A DNA stretch of 64,000 nucleotides from the human T2T-CHM13v2.0 reference genome, Homo sapiens, in assembly GCF_009914755.1 (NCBI RefSeq), contig NC_060942.1; one strand, 5' to 3'. Below are positions 25,792 through 39,517 of this stretch, in pieces. A program made the position numbers and the translations under genes. Within the stretch, counting starts at the first letter, position 1. Every line of letters begins with the position of its first letter. The notes under the pieces are model-generated. The model was not told the origin of the DNA. It made no database searches and was given only the letters and a program-made list of their open reading frames with translations.

Positions 25792-26533
25792 GGCTGTGCA
25801 GACAGAGCAGTCCCAGGAGCCTGAGCTCCTGCCTCATAGGCTGTAAAGAACTTTTCACTTTCTGTCCTCAGTTTCAGCTTTTGCCAGATTTCAGAACAGC
25901 AGGCCAACATTGCACTGTAGCTCTTATACAGGGGTAAAGGGAGGGAGTGGGACATGGTCTCAATTCATAATTATGCCATTTAAATGACCAAAGTTAAGGG
26001 GTCAGTTGTGAGAGGAGACTGGCATTGTGGAAAGAATACAGGCTTTGAAGTCAGATAGCCACAGGTTCAAATCCAAAGATCTAGGCCTCAGTCTTGTCCT
26101 CTCTAAAATGCCTGCCTCATTGGGGAATTACAACATCTTGATAGAGATAGCATTAACAAATGATTTTTCCCTTCTGCTGTTCTCATCATTTCCTTCTGCT
26201 GGGGCTGGTGTCAGGGGCAGGGGAGCAACTGTCCCTAGCTGTGTGCCAGACCAGACCAAGGACCATCTGCAGCTGGGCAGCTGGAAGTGGATCCAGTGCA
26301 GAAGCATGTAAATCTGATTCCACTTAACCGATACATGACTCAGCTTAACTCTAGCAAAGAGATGTTTGAAGCTGCAAAAAGTGAAAAGAAACAAGATAGT
26401 ATTTACTCTTCAGCAATTCCATTGTTACTAAGCCCAGGCCACTTGGCTTCACACTACACCCTGAGTGTGCCTTCCAAGGAAGACAGACTCACTTACCACA
26501 GGCAGCCACAGGAATAAAAAGCTGGCGTGGGAC

Positions 26534-27801
26534 AGAAAATTCTCCATACCACAGCCAGAGTAACTTTTTTGAAACTTTTGTCAGCTCATGCTGCTCCTCT
26601 GCTCAAAACCAGCCTTTCTGGCCCACTCACATTGAAATGCAAGTCCTCGCCATGGCCTATAAGGCCCACATGACGTGGCTCCTGCATGCTGCTCAGCCCT
26701 GCCTCAGGCCCTTTCTGTCCCTTCATGATGCCTGGCCACACTGTCCTGCAGGAGAAAAGTCTCAGCCAGTCTCATGATTGCAGACTCAAAACTTCTAGAT
26801 ATGATATTACCAGATAGAATTCAACATTTTATTAAAAGAACAATTTACTTCAGGTTGGGATTATCTCAAAATGTAGCTAAGGTTCAATAGAAAATCTATG
26901 AATGTACTGAACCAACGGATGTGGAATAAAACATTAGTAACTTGTTGCAAAAGCATATGTTTAACATACATCTTAAAAAATTATTGCGCTATAATTTTAC
27001 TTCAAACGAACAGCTAAAACTATGTTTAACGACAAAACCCTAGAGACTTTGCTATTTAAATCAAGAACAAAACAAGGATGCCTGCTATCACCATTACTGC
27101 TTGACAGTGTTCAGGAAGTTAAGCAGTAGTGCACTCCTGGCAACGCATTAGGACACGAAACAGAAAGGAGAGGCAGAAAACATCATCAAGATCAACAATT
27201 TGTTCTCATTATTTGCAGATGATGGTCATTTATTTGTTCATTAAACCACCAAATATACCCTTGAGCCACCTCTATGTCTCACACCGCTCAAGGACTCAGA
27301 ATGCCAAACTCCCTGCCCTTGTGGATCTAACATGGCAGGGGGAAGAAAATAAATAAACAGCAAGTTAACAATGAAGAATGTGCCATGAAGAAAAATAAAC
27401 CAACTGACAGAGTGACAGAGCAGACAGGGCCATTCTAGAGCAGGTGGACAGCCTACATGAAGAGGGGATGTTTGACCTAAAGGCACAAAAGAGCAAGCCA
27501 TGGAGCAAGTAGAGGCAGTGTTCCAGGTGGGAGAACAGTGAGGGTCAAAGCCCTGAGACCAGCAGATCATCATGCAGGACGACTAACAAGGCAGTGTGGC
27601 CAGGCATTGTGAGGGGAAAGGAAGGGCCTGAGGCAGGGCTGAGCAGCACGCAGGAGCCACATCACATGGGCCTTACAGGCCATTACGAGGACTTGTATTT
27701 CAATGTGAGTGGGTCAGAAAGGCTGGTTTTGAGCAGAGGAGCAGAATGAGCTGACAAAAATCTCAAAAAAGTCACTCTGGCTGTGGTGTGGATAATTTTC
27801 T
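26534..27801. repeat. Inverted repeat: 210-bp arms at 26534-26743 and 27592-27801
   Basis: Manual alignment gives ~20 mismatches and no gaps. Confidence 0.92.
26780..27225 (+). mobile_element. Ancient L1M(E) ORF2 fragment
   Basis: aacaaggatgcctgctatcaccattact and atttgcagatgatg (RT FADD region). Confidence 0.7.
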
Positions 27802-28030
27802 ATTAGGACTAAGAGTGGCAACTGGGGTCCAGTAAGGAGTATGTTTTAAGAACCCAGTGAGTGACAAGAATTGGGAGATAGTAACAGCATGGGGTTGTGG
27901 ATTTTGAATATAAAACCAACAGACTTGAGGATGCGTGGGATGTAGGATGCGAGAGAAACAAAGGAGTCAAGGACAGTGTTTCACCTTTTGGCCTGAGGAA
28001 CAGGTAGTGATCATTGCAGTCAGAGAACCA
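27227..28030 (-). mobile_element. L2 LINE fragment
   Basis: Antisense L2 3' end (tcatttatttgttcatt) and typical L2 body motifs. Confidence 0.75.
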
Positions 28031-28099
28031 TGGTGGAGGAGGCCGTAAGGTCAGGAGGTCTGTGCACCTTATCATGCCAAATGGCACATGATGTTAAAA

Positions 28100-28829
28100 T
28101 AAAATGTTTTGAGTAATCAGAACGTAGTTAATTGTGCTCCAGGATGGATCATACACAGAGCCGTACCCATATCTGATTTACATGTTGAAATTTGAGAATT
28201 TTGAGATGATGAGACTTAGATGAGATTTTTCAACTTGATGAGACCTTGAGGAACCTTGGGATGGGATGAATGTATTTTGTATGTGGGATAGTTGCAAATC
28301 TTCAGGAGTCAGAGGGCAAATTATTGTAGGTAGAATAATGATTTCCAAAGATGGCCAGTTTCCAATCCTTGGAAATAGTATATTAGCACAGGTGAATTAA
28401 GGTTACAGATGGAAATTCGGTTGCTAATCACCTGACCTTCAGATGGGAATATTATCCTGGATTATCCCAGGATTATCCCTTGGTTCCAATGTAATCCCAA
28501 TGCCCTTAAATGTGAAGGAGGGAGGCAACATCTCTCTGTCAGTGTCAGAGAGTTGTGATGTAAGAAAGACTCCACTGGCCTTTGCTGGCTTTGAAGATGG
28601 AAAGAGACCACCAGCCAAAGGAAGTAAGCAGCTTAGAAGCTGGAAAAGTCGAGAAAACAGATTATCCTCTTAAACTTCCAGAAAGGAAAACAGCTACACT
28701 GACACCTTGATTTTAGCCTAGTAAAACCCAATTTGAACTTCTGACCTCCAGAATTGTAAGATAATAGGGTTTTGTCTTTAAGCCACTAGTTTGTACTACT
28801 TTGTTACAGCAGCATTAGGAAACTAATAC
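28100..28829 (+). mobile_element. MLT1 internal 3' remnant plus MLT1D-like LTR (LTR from ~28325)
   Basis: Internal motif gatgggatgaatgtattttg; the LTR ends gttacagcagcattaggaaactaatac. Confidence 0.75.
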
Positions 28830-29290
28830 TAAGGGAGGAGACCACCCCTCATATTGTCTTATGCCCAATTTCTGCCTCCAAAGAAAGAAAATGTAAAAAC
28901 TGAAAGGCAGAAATGAAATCCACAAGCAGACAGCCCAGCGCCACACCCTGGGCCTGGTAGTTAAGGATCAACCCCTGACCTAATCGGTTATGTTATCTAT
29001 AGATTACAGACATTGTATAGAAAAGCACTGTGAAAATCCCTATTCTGTTTTGTTCCAATCTAATTACTGGTGCATGCACCCCCCAGTCACGTACCCCCTG
29101 CTTGCTCAATTGATCACAACCCTTCACGCGCACCCCGTTAGAGTTGTGAGCCCTTTAAAGGGACAGGAATTGCTCACTCGGGGAGCTCAGCTCTTGAGAC
29201 AGGAGTCTTGCCAATGCCCCCAGCCGAATAAACCCCTTCCTTCTTTAACTCGGTGTCTGAGGAGTTTTGTCTGCAGCTCATCCTGCTACA
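28830..29290 (+). mobile_element. LTR2 (HERV-E/Harlequin) solo LTR
   Basis: taagggaggagaccacccctcatattg...tcctgctaca, 4-bp TSD atac, AATAAA at ~29227. Confidence 0.88.
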
Positions 29291-30382
29291 ATACAATGTT
29301 GGATTACACTGATTGATTTTAAAATATTGAACTATGCTTGCATCCCTGGAATAAACCTCACTTAGTCATGGTATATAGTTCTTTTATACATTGAATTGTG
29401 TTTGCTAATATTTTGTTAAGAATTTTTGCATCTATATTCGTGAGCAATATTGGTCTGTAGTTTACTTTTTTGTACTATCATTATGTGGTTTGGTAGCAGT
29501 TTAATGTTGACTTCATAAAGTGGGTTGAGAAGTGTTCCCTTCTCTTCTATTTTCTGGAAAAAATGTATAAACTTAGTATAGAATTCTTCAAGTGTTTGGT
29601 AGAATTATCCAGGTAAACCATCTGGAGGTGGACATTTCTTTTACGTATTTTTAAACTAAAAATTTCTCTAAATTGTTACAGGACAGTTTAAGTGATCTAT
29701 TTCAGATTTAGTGAGTTTGGTTAGTTTGTACTTTTCAAGGAATTGTTCCACTTCATCTAAGTTGTTGAATTTTTGTGTATAAAGTTGTGTGTATTACTCC
29801 CTTATTATCCTTTTGATGTCTTCAATGTCTGTAATGATATCCCCTGTTTCACTCCTGATACTGCTGATTTATCTTATTTCTTTTCTTTATTTGTCAGTCT
29901 TACTAGAAGTTTGTCAATATTATTGACCTTTTCAACAAATCCATTTTGGTTTCATTGATTCTTTTCTATTATTTTTTGTTTTCAATTCCATTTATGTCTA
30001 CCCTTACTTTTATTATTCCCTTCCTTTTCCTTGCTTTGAGCTTATTTCAGTCTAGGTTCTCAAGGTAAGAGCTTACATTATTGATTTGAGATGTTCCTCC
30101 CTTCTTATGCACATATTTAGTGCCATAAATTTCCTTCTCAGCACTACTTTGGTTGTGCCTCACATTTTGATATGTTGTATTTTCAATGCTACTCAGTTCA
30201 ATTTCTTTAATTGCCCTTGAGGTTTCTTCTTTAGCCCGTGGCTTATTTAGAAGTATGTTGTTTAGTTTCCAAGTACTTCGTGATTTTCCTATTTTTTTCT
30301 GTTACTGATTCACAATTTAAACCTATTATGGTGAAGGAACACAACCTATTTTGTTTCAGTTCTTTTAAATGTGTTGTGGTTT

Positions 30383-32550
30383 TCAAAATAATAAGAGCCA
30401 TCTGGAACAAACCCACAGCCAACATCATACTGAACGGACAAAAGCTGGAAGCATTCCCCTTGAAAATCAACACAAGATAAGGATGACTTCTCTCACCATT
30501 CATATTCGACATAGTATTGGAAGTCCTGGCCAGAGCAATCAGGCAAGAGAAAGAAATAAAGGCATTCAAATAGGAAGAGAGGAAGTCAAGCTATCCCTGT
30601 TTGCAGACAACATGATCCTATACCTAGAAAACCCCATGGTCTCAGCCGAAAAGCTCCTTAAGCTGATAAACAACTTTAACAAACCCTTACGATACAAAAT
30701 CAATGTACAAAAATCACTAAGTGTTCCTATACGCCAACAGCAGTCAAGCCAAGAGCCAAATCAGGAACTCAATCTCATTCACAATTGTCATAAAAAGAAT
30801 AAAACGCCTAAGAATACAGCTAACCAGGGAGGTGAAAGATGTCACAACGAGAACTACAAAACACTGCTAAAAGAAATCAGAGATGACACAAACAAATGGA
30901 AAAACATTCCATGCTCATGGATAGGAAGAATCGATACTGTTAAAATAGCCATTCTGCACAAAGAAATTTATAGATTCAATGCTATTCCTAATAAACTACC
31001 AATAACATTCTTCATAGAACTAGGGAAAACTACTTTAAAATTCATATGGAACCAAAAAATAGCCCAAATAGTTGAACAATCTTAAGCAAAAAGAAAAAAG
31101 CTGGAGACATCATGCCACCAGACTTGAAACTATACTTCAGGGCTACAGTAACCAAAACAGGGTGTTACTGGTATAAAAACAGACACATAGACCAATGAAA
31201 CAGAATAGAGAGCCCAGAAATAAGACCACTCACCTACAACGATATGATCTTTGACAAAGCTGACAAAACAAGCAATGGGAAAAGGACTCCCTAATCAATA
31301 AATGGTGCCAGGATAACTGGCTAGCCATATGCAGAAGACTGAAACTTGTCCCCTTCCTTACAACATATACAAAAATTAACTCAAGGTGGATTAAAGACTT
31401 AAAGGTAAAACCCAAAACTATAAAAACCTGGAAGAAAAACTAGGCAATACCATTCTGAACATAGGAATGAACAAAAATTTCATGACAAAGATGCCAAAAG
31501 CAATTGCAACAAAAGCAAAAATTGGCAAATGGGATCTAATTAAACTAAAGAGCTTCTGCACAGTAAAAGAAATTATCAGCAAAGTAAACAGACAACTTAC
31601 AGAATGGAAGAAAATTTTTGCAACTGTGCATCTGACAAAGGCCCAATATCTAGCATCTATAAGGAACTTAAATTTACAAGGAAAAAATAAACAAGCCCAT
31701 TAAAAAGTGGACAAAATACATGAACAGACACTTTTCAAAAGAAGACATACATGTGGCCAACAAACATATGAAAAAAAAGCTCAGCATTGATTATTAGAGA
31801 AATGCAAATCAAAACCACAATGAGATATCATCTCACACCTCTTAGAATGGATATTAATAAAATGTCAAAAAATAGCAGATGCTGGCAAGGTCGTGGAGAA
31901 AAAGGAATGCTTATACACTGCTGGTGGGAGTGTAAATTAGTTCATTGTGGAAAAAAGTGTGGCAATTCCTCAAAGACCTAAAAACAGAAATATCAGTTGA
32001 CTTGGCAATGCCATTACTCTATACATACCCAGAGGAATATAAATAGTTCTATCACAAAGACACATACGTGCATATGCAACACTATTCACAATAACAAAGA
32101 CATGGAATCAACAATCCACCTAAATGCCAATCAATGGTTGACTGAATAAAGAAAATGTTGTACATTTACATATACATATACACCATGGAAAACTATGCAG
32201 CCAGAAAAAAGGATGAGACAATGTCCTTTGCAGGAACACGGATGGAGCTGGAGGCCATTATCCTTAGCAAATTAACACAGGGAAAGAAAACTAAATACCG
32301 CACATTCTCACTTATAAGTGGGAGCTAAATTATGAGAACACATAGATATGTAGAGGGGAACAATAGAAACTGGGACCTATCTGAACGTGAAGGGTGGGAG
32401 GAGGGAGAGGATCAGGAAAAATAACTAATGGGTACTAGGCTTAATACTTGGGTGATGAAATAATCTGACACAAGTTTACCTATGTAACAAACCTGCACAT
32501 GTACCCTTGAACTTAGAATAAAAGTTAAAAAAGAAAAAAGAAAAGGAAAT
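30383..32550 (+). mobile_element. 5'-truncated L1PA (L1PA10-13-like)
   Basis: ORF2 RT/C-terminal remnants, 3'UTR, poly(A). TSD aaatgtgtt(gt/aa)ggttt at 30367 and 32551. Confidence 0.88.
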
Positions 32551-32793
32551 AAATGTGTTAAGGTTTGTTTTATGGCCCAGGATATATCTATCTTGATAAA
32601 TATTCCATGGGCACTTGAAAAGAGTGTGTAATCTACTGTTGTTGGGTAAAGTGTTCTATAAATGTCAATTAGATTCTGTTGGTTGATGATGATGTTGAAT
32701 TCTCCTATATCCTTGCTAATTTTCTGTCTAATTCTTCTATGAATTGTAAATTCTCTAAATATATTTGTAGATTTGTCTATTTCTCCTTTGAGG

Positions 32794-33185
<392 letters not shown>

Positions 33186-33207
33186 TAATCATTTGTAATC
33201 GTCTGCC

Positions 33208-33242
33208 ATCACTTCTTGGCCTTTTGACTAAGATCAAGTGTA
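33208..33242 (+). pseudogene. RNU2: 3'-truncated U2 snRNA retrocopy (nt 1-35)
   Basis: atcacttcttggccttttgactaagatcaagtgta vs U2 ATCGCTTCTCGGCCTTTTGGCTAAGATCAAGTGTA: 32/35 identical, two changes at CpG. Confidence 0.9.
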
Positions 33243-33868
33243 ATGATCCTCTGTCTCCAGCAATGTTCTTTGCCCTGAAGTCTACCTTATCTGATAATAG
33301 AGCTGCAGCTACTTCATTTCAATTAATGTTTGCATGGTACAACTTTTCCCATTCTTTTACTTTCAATATACATATGTTATCATATTAAAAGTGAATTGCT
33401 TGTACCTGGATATAGTTGGAACATTTAAAAAATTCAGCCTGCCAGTCTTCATCTTTTAATTGGTATATTTAGATCATTCACTTTTAATGTTATTAGTGAT
33501 ATGTTAGCCTTAAGTCTGTCACTTTATTTTTTTGTTTTCTGGTTGTTTCCTCTGCTTTTAATTTCCTGGTTTGTTTTTTGTTCTTGCCTTTGTGCAAGGC
33601 TTGCATTTTTATTTACCTTCTAGAGATTTTTATTTTCTTATGGCATTTTTGAATGTATCTTTTGTATCATCTTTTTTAAGCAGTTGCTCAAGGTGTTTTA
33701 GTATTAATACATAACACCACAGTCTATGTTCAGTTCAAGTGCCCTATTAGGTTTTTAACGTTCATTTTAAAAAATTGTGTTGTGCGTATACACGTAAGGT
33801 TTTTGGATTGGAATCAGTTTTCTTATTATTTATATTATAGAAAATAATGAGCATATACTTCTGTGTCC

Positions 33869-33913
33869 CCAGGACAATGTGATGAGATCCAGGACAATGT
33901 GATGAGATCCAGG
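33869..33913. repeat. Perfect 20-bp tandem duplication (ccaggacaatgtgatgagat x2 + ccagg)
   Basis: Seen directly. Confidence 0.95.
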
Positions 33914-34576
33914 TCAAATGTCCTATACATACAAAATCTGTATTGTAAGTGAGGGACAGCGAAAAGTCCATTTTAGCCATTTATGTTCAAGAGAAAGAAA
34001 CAACCACCTCCCTCTCCCCTTCTGAAAGATTCTTCTTAGAAATGTCTTAACTCTAACACTTTGGATTAAATACATATCTCTAGAAGTTAAATAAGCTCAA
34101 TGTGTTAGTCCAGTTTACAAATGTCTCTGTGTCCTGGGTTTCATCCCTTTTGAAATTTCAATGCCTAGGAAAATAATATTATAACATTGTCTAGGTGCCT
34201 ATCCTGGATGGTAACTGTTTGACTCTTGGGGAGATAAGAGAAGGCCTGTTGGATGGAAGCTATTAGCTCCGTCATTAGGGCAACAAATGACTGCAGACTT
34301 AATCCTAATGATATGTGGAAAGTAACATGTTTCTAGGAGAAGTAAAAACAACATTTTCTATCTTTGTTGAGTATTAATTTCTGAGTCCCTGGTGTTTGAG
34401 GTTTTTACAGGAATGCTGAGAATCCAGGCGTGATTTCTTTTCCCACAAAACTTTGCCTCCCTTTAAGTCTCTTTACTCTTCTCCCATATGTAATATAATT
34501 GTCTTCACTATTTCTTCTACATACACTGAGAAACACATCAGAAAATAGCAACTTTTTCTTCAACCTTCAAACATAA

Positions 34577-34955
<379 letters not shown>

Positions 34956-36044
34956 TCTTTCTTCCTTTTTGATGTTCCAAGATTCCTTGTTTTTTTTTTT
35001 TTTGTGACAGCTTTATAATTCATATAACATACAATTTGCCCACAGTGTACAATTCAGTGGTTTTTTTTAGTATAGTCACAGAGTTTTACAACCATTATCA
35101 CAATCCATTTTAGAACATTTTAATCACTGCAAAAAGAAACTCCACGCCCTTTAGCTATCACCCCCCAATCCTAGGTAACCATTAGTCTACTTTCTCTGTA
35201 GGGTTGCCTATTCTGAACATTTTATATAAATGGAACACAGCAATATGTGGTGTTTTGTTACTAGCTTCTTTCATTTAACATAATATTTTCAAAATTCATC
35301 CATATTCCATTGTGTGGCTATGCCATATTTAATTTATGCATCAGTTGATGGACATTTAGGTTGTTTCTACTTTTAGGCTATTATGAATAATGCTACTATG
35401 AACATTCATGTACAAATTTTGTGTAGACATGTATTTTCATTTTTTTTGAGTACATACGAGTGAAATTGTTGGGTCACATCGCAGCTCTACGTTTAACATT
35501 TTAAAGAACTGTTAAACAGTTTTTTGAAGCAGCTATATCATTTTACATTCCCACCACCACTGTATAAGGATTCTAATTGCTTTACATCCTTGCCAACACT
35601 TGTTATTATCTGTCTATTTCCATAATAGCCATCCTTGTGGGTGTGGAACAGTATCTCATTGCCATTTTGAATTGCATTTCCCTAATGGCTAATAATGTTG
35701 AGCCTCTTTTCTTCTGTTTATTTGCATATGTTCTTTGGAGAAATGTCTATTCAGATCATTTGCCCATTAAAAAATATGACTGTATTGTAAGAGTTTTTTT
35801 ATATATTATCAATACAAGTCCCTTATCAAATATATGATTTGAAAATATTTTTCCCCTTATGTGGGCTAATGTTTTCACTTTCTTCATGGTATCCTTTGAA
35901 GTACAAAAGTTTTATATTTTGATGAAATACAATTTATCTATTTTTTTCTTTGGTTGCTGTGCTTTTGGTGTCATATTTAAGAGACCATTGCCAAACCCAA
36001 GGTCACAAGGATTTACTTATCTGTGTTTTTTTCTAAGAGTTTTA

Positions 36045-37345
36045 GTCAACAAAAATAAGCAACTGAGAAAGGATTCCCTATTTAATAATAAATGGTGCTG
36101 GGATAGCTGGCTAGCCATATGCAGAAGAATGAAACTAGACCTCCACCTTTCACCACGTATAAAAATTAACTCAAGATGGATTAAAGATTTAAACTTAAGA
36201 CCTTAAACTATAAGAATCCTAGAAGAAAACCAAGAATACACAATTCTGGACATCAGCCTTGGGGAAAAAATTATGACTAACTCTTCAAAAGCAGTTGCAA
36301 CAAAAACAAAAAAATTGACAAATGAGACCAAATTAAAGCAAGGAGCTTCTGTACAGCAAAAGAAACTAGCAACAGAGTAAACAGGCAAACTACAGAATGG
36401 AAGAAAATATTCAAAAACTATGCATCTGACAAAAGTCTAACCACCAGAATCTATAAGGAACTCAATTCAACAAGCAAATAATAATAATTATAACCCCATT
36501 AAAAAGTGGACAAAAGACATGAATGATACTTGTTAAAAGAAGATGTGTAAGTGGCCAAAAAACATGTTGAAAAATGCTCAACATCACAAAGCATCAGAGA
36601 AATGCAAATCAAAACCACAAATAGATACCATCTCATACCAGTTAGAATGGCTATTATTAAAATTCAAAAAACAATAGATGCTGGCAGGCTGCAGAGAAAA
36701 GAGAACACTTATATACTGTTGGTGGGAATGTAAATTTGTTCAGCCACTAAGGAAAACAGTTTGATTTCTCAAAGAACTTAAAACATAACTACCATTTGAC
36801 CCAGCAATCCCATTACTGGTATATACTCAAAAAAATAATAAATTGTTCTATCAAAAAGATTCATGTACTCTTGTTCATCACACCACTATTCACAACAGCA
36901 AGGACATGGAATCAACCTAGTGCCCATCAATGGTGGATTGGATCAAGAAAATGTGGTACATATACACTATGGAATACTGTGCAGTCATCAAAGAATGAAA
37001 TCATGTGCTTTGCAGAAACATGGATGCAGCTAGTGGCCATTTTCCTAAGCAAATTACCATAGGAACAGAAAATCAAACACCACATGTTCTCACTTATAAG
37101 TGGGAGCTAAAAATTGGGTATTCATGGACATAGAGATGGCAACAATAGACACTGGAGACTACTATAAGGCAGAGGAAGGGAGTGGGGCAAGGGTTGAAAA
37201 ACTAGTTATTGGGTACTGTGCTCACTACCTGGCTGATGGGATCAATCATACCCCAAACCTCAGCATCATGCAATATACCCATGTAACAAACCCGCACATG
37301 TACCTGCTGAATCAAAAGAAAATAAAAGTTGATACTGTTTTTAAA
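36045..37345 (+). mobile_element. 5'-truncated L1PA15/16-like
   Basis: ORF2 end plus 3'UTR. TSD aagagtttta at 36035 and 37346. Confidence 0.85.
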
Positions 37346-37728
37346 AAGAGTTTTATAGTTTTACCTCTTAAATGTAGGTCTTTGATCCTGTTTGAGTTAA
37401 TTTTTGTACTTGAAATAAGGTAGGGGTCAAGATTCCGTCTTATATCTTTCCTTTTGGTTTCAAGAACTTCTTTTAGCCATTCTTTTAGGATACTTCTGAA
37501 GGCAACAAATTATCTTAGTTTTTCTGCATCTGAGAATGTATTGACTTACCCAGCATTCCTAAAGGATATGTTCACAGAATTCTGGGTTGACAGTTCTTTA
37601 CTTTTAGCATTTGAAAAATGTTTTGCCACTTTCTCTGGCCTCTGTGGTTCTCAGTAAGAAATTCCCTGTCATTTGAATTGTTTTTCCTTTATAGGCAAGG
37701 TGTCATTATTTTCTCACTGATACCATGA

Positions 37729-38063
<335 letters not shown>

Positions 38064-38677
38064 ATGCTCAGCTTCTTGAATCTGTAGATTTATATCTTTG
38101 GCTAAACTTGGGATATTTCTAGCCATTATTTCATTGAAAACTTTCTCAGCCCCATGCTTTTCCTCATCACCTTCTGCAACTCCAGTGACACAAATGTTTG
38201 CTCTTTTGTTATAGTTCTGCAGGTCCCTGAGGCACTGTTCTTTTTCTTTATTTTATAAGCCTGTTTTTAGTCTTTATTGTTCAAGTTGGGTAATTGCTAT
38301 TGATCTATTTGAAATTCAATATTTTCCCCTCCCCTCTCCATTGTTCCATTGAGCCTATTTGGTGAGATTTCTATTTCAGTTATAAGTTTTCAGTTCTAAA
38401 ATTTCCATTTTATCCTTATTTATATCTTCAGTTTCTTTGCTGGAAATTTCTATTTATTTGCTGAGACTTATTTTTACTTGTGTTCTAAGTATGTTCATAA
38501 TTGCTAACTGAAGTATTTTTATGATGGCTCCTCTAAAATTCCTGTCAGATAATTCTAAAATGTGTGTTGTATCAGTATCAGTATCTGTTACCTTTTTTTA
38601 TTTAAGTTAAGATTTTACTGGTTATTGGTTTGATAAGTTCTAGGCTGCCTCCTTCCTGGTCCTTAAGCTAGAGGGAG

Positions 38678-39051
38678 TGATATGGTTTGGCTGTGTCTCC
38701 ACCCAAATCTCATCTTGATTTGTAGTTCCCATAATCCCCACATGTTGGGGGAGGGACCCGGTGGGAGATAATTGAATCATGAGCGTGGTTTCCCCCATGC
38801 TATTCGCAGGATGATGAGTAAGTTCTCACGAGATCTGATGGTTTTATAAGGGGTCTCCCCCTTCGCTCAGCTCTCATTCTTCTCCTTCCTGCCACCATGT
38901 GAAGAAGGACATGTTTGCTTTCCCTTCTGCCATGATTGCAAGTTTCCTGAGGCCTCCCCAGCCCTGCAGAACTGTAAGTCAACTAAACCTCTTTCTTTTA
39001 TAAATTACTCAGTCTCGAGTATGTCCTCATAGCAGAATGAGAATGAATACA
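38678..39051 (+). mobile_element. THE1C/D-like solo LTR
   Basis: tgatatggtttggctgtg...aataca with perfect 5-bp TSD gggag. Confidence 0.9.
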
Positions 39052-39156
39052 GGGAGTGAGCCGCTCTTGGAGCTTCTTTTGTCTGTATTCACTGGTGTCT
39101 CCAGGCTGCAGGCTTCTCTAGCATCCACTCCAGGTACATAAGACAAAACAAAACAA

Positions 39157-39180
39157 AACACACACACACACACACACACA
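39157..39180. repeat. (CA)n microsatellite
   Basis: Seen directly. Confidence 0.9.
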
Positions 39181-39517
39181 GGGAATTCACAATCCTGTTT
39201 CTCCTAAGGTCCTGAGTCCCTCCCTGGTCTGCCTTCTTCTTACCACCTTTTAACATCTTTTAATTTTGTTTCATATATAATGCCCATAGTTTTTAGCTGT
39301 ACTTACCAGGACAAACAGGGAGAGGTGTGTTTATTCCATCTTGTCTGGAACCATGACTCTCCCTTTTTACTTAACATTGTTAAGTATTTTAATGTTCCCA
39401 AGGTTGGGACATATCTTAGAGTTGCTGTGTACATATAATGCGGAGTCTCCTTTTATGAGCTCTGTAGCACACCTTATCACCATGATTGTTTACAAAGGGA
39501 CTTCACCATTACCTTCC

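Noticed and set aside
30369-31085. 238-aa ORF
   Set aside because: Frameshifted L1 ORF2 remnant.
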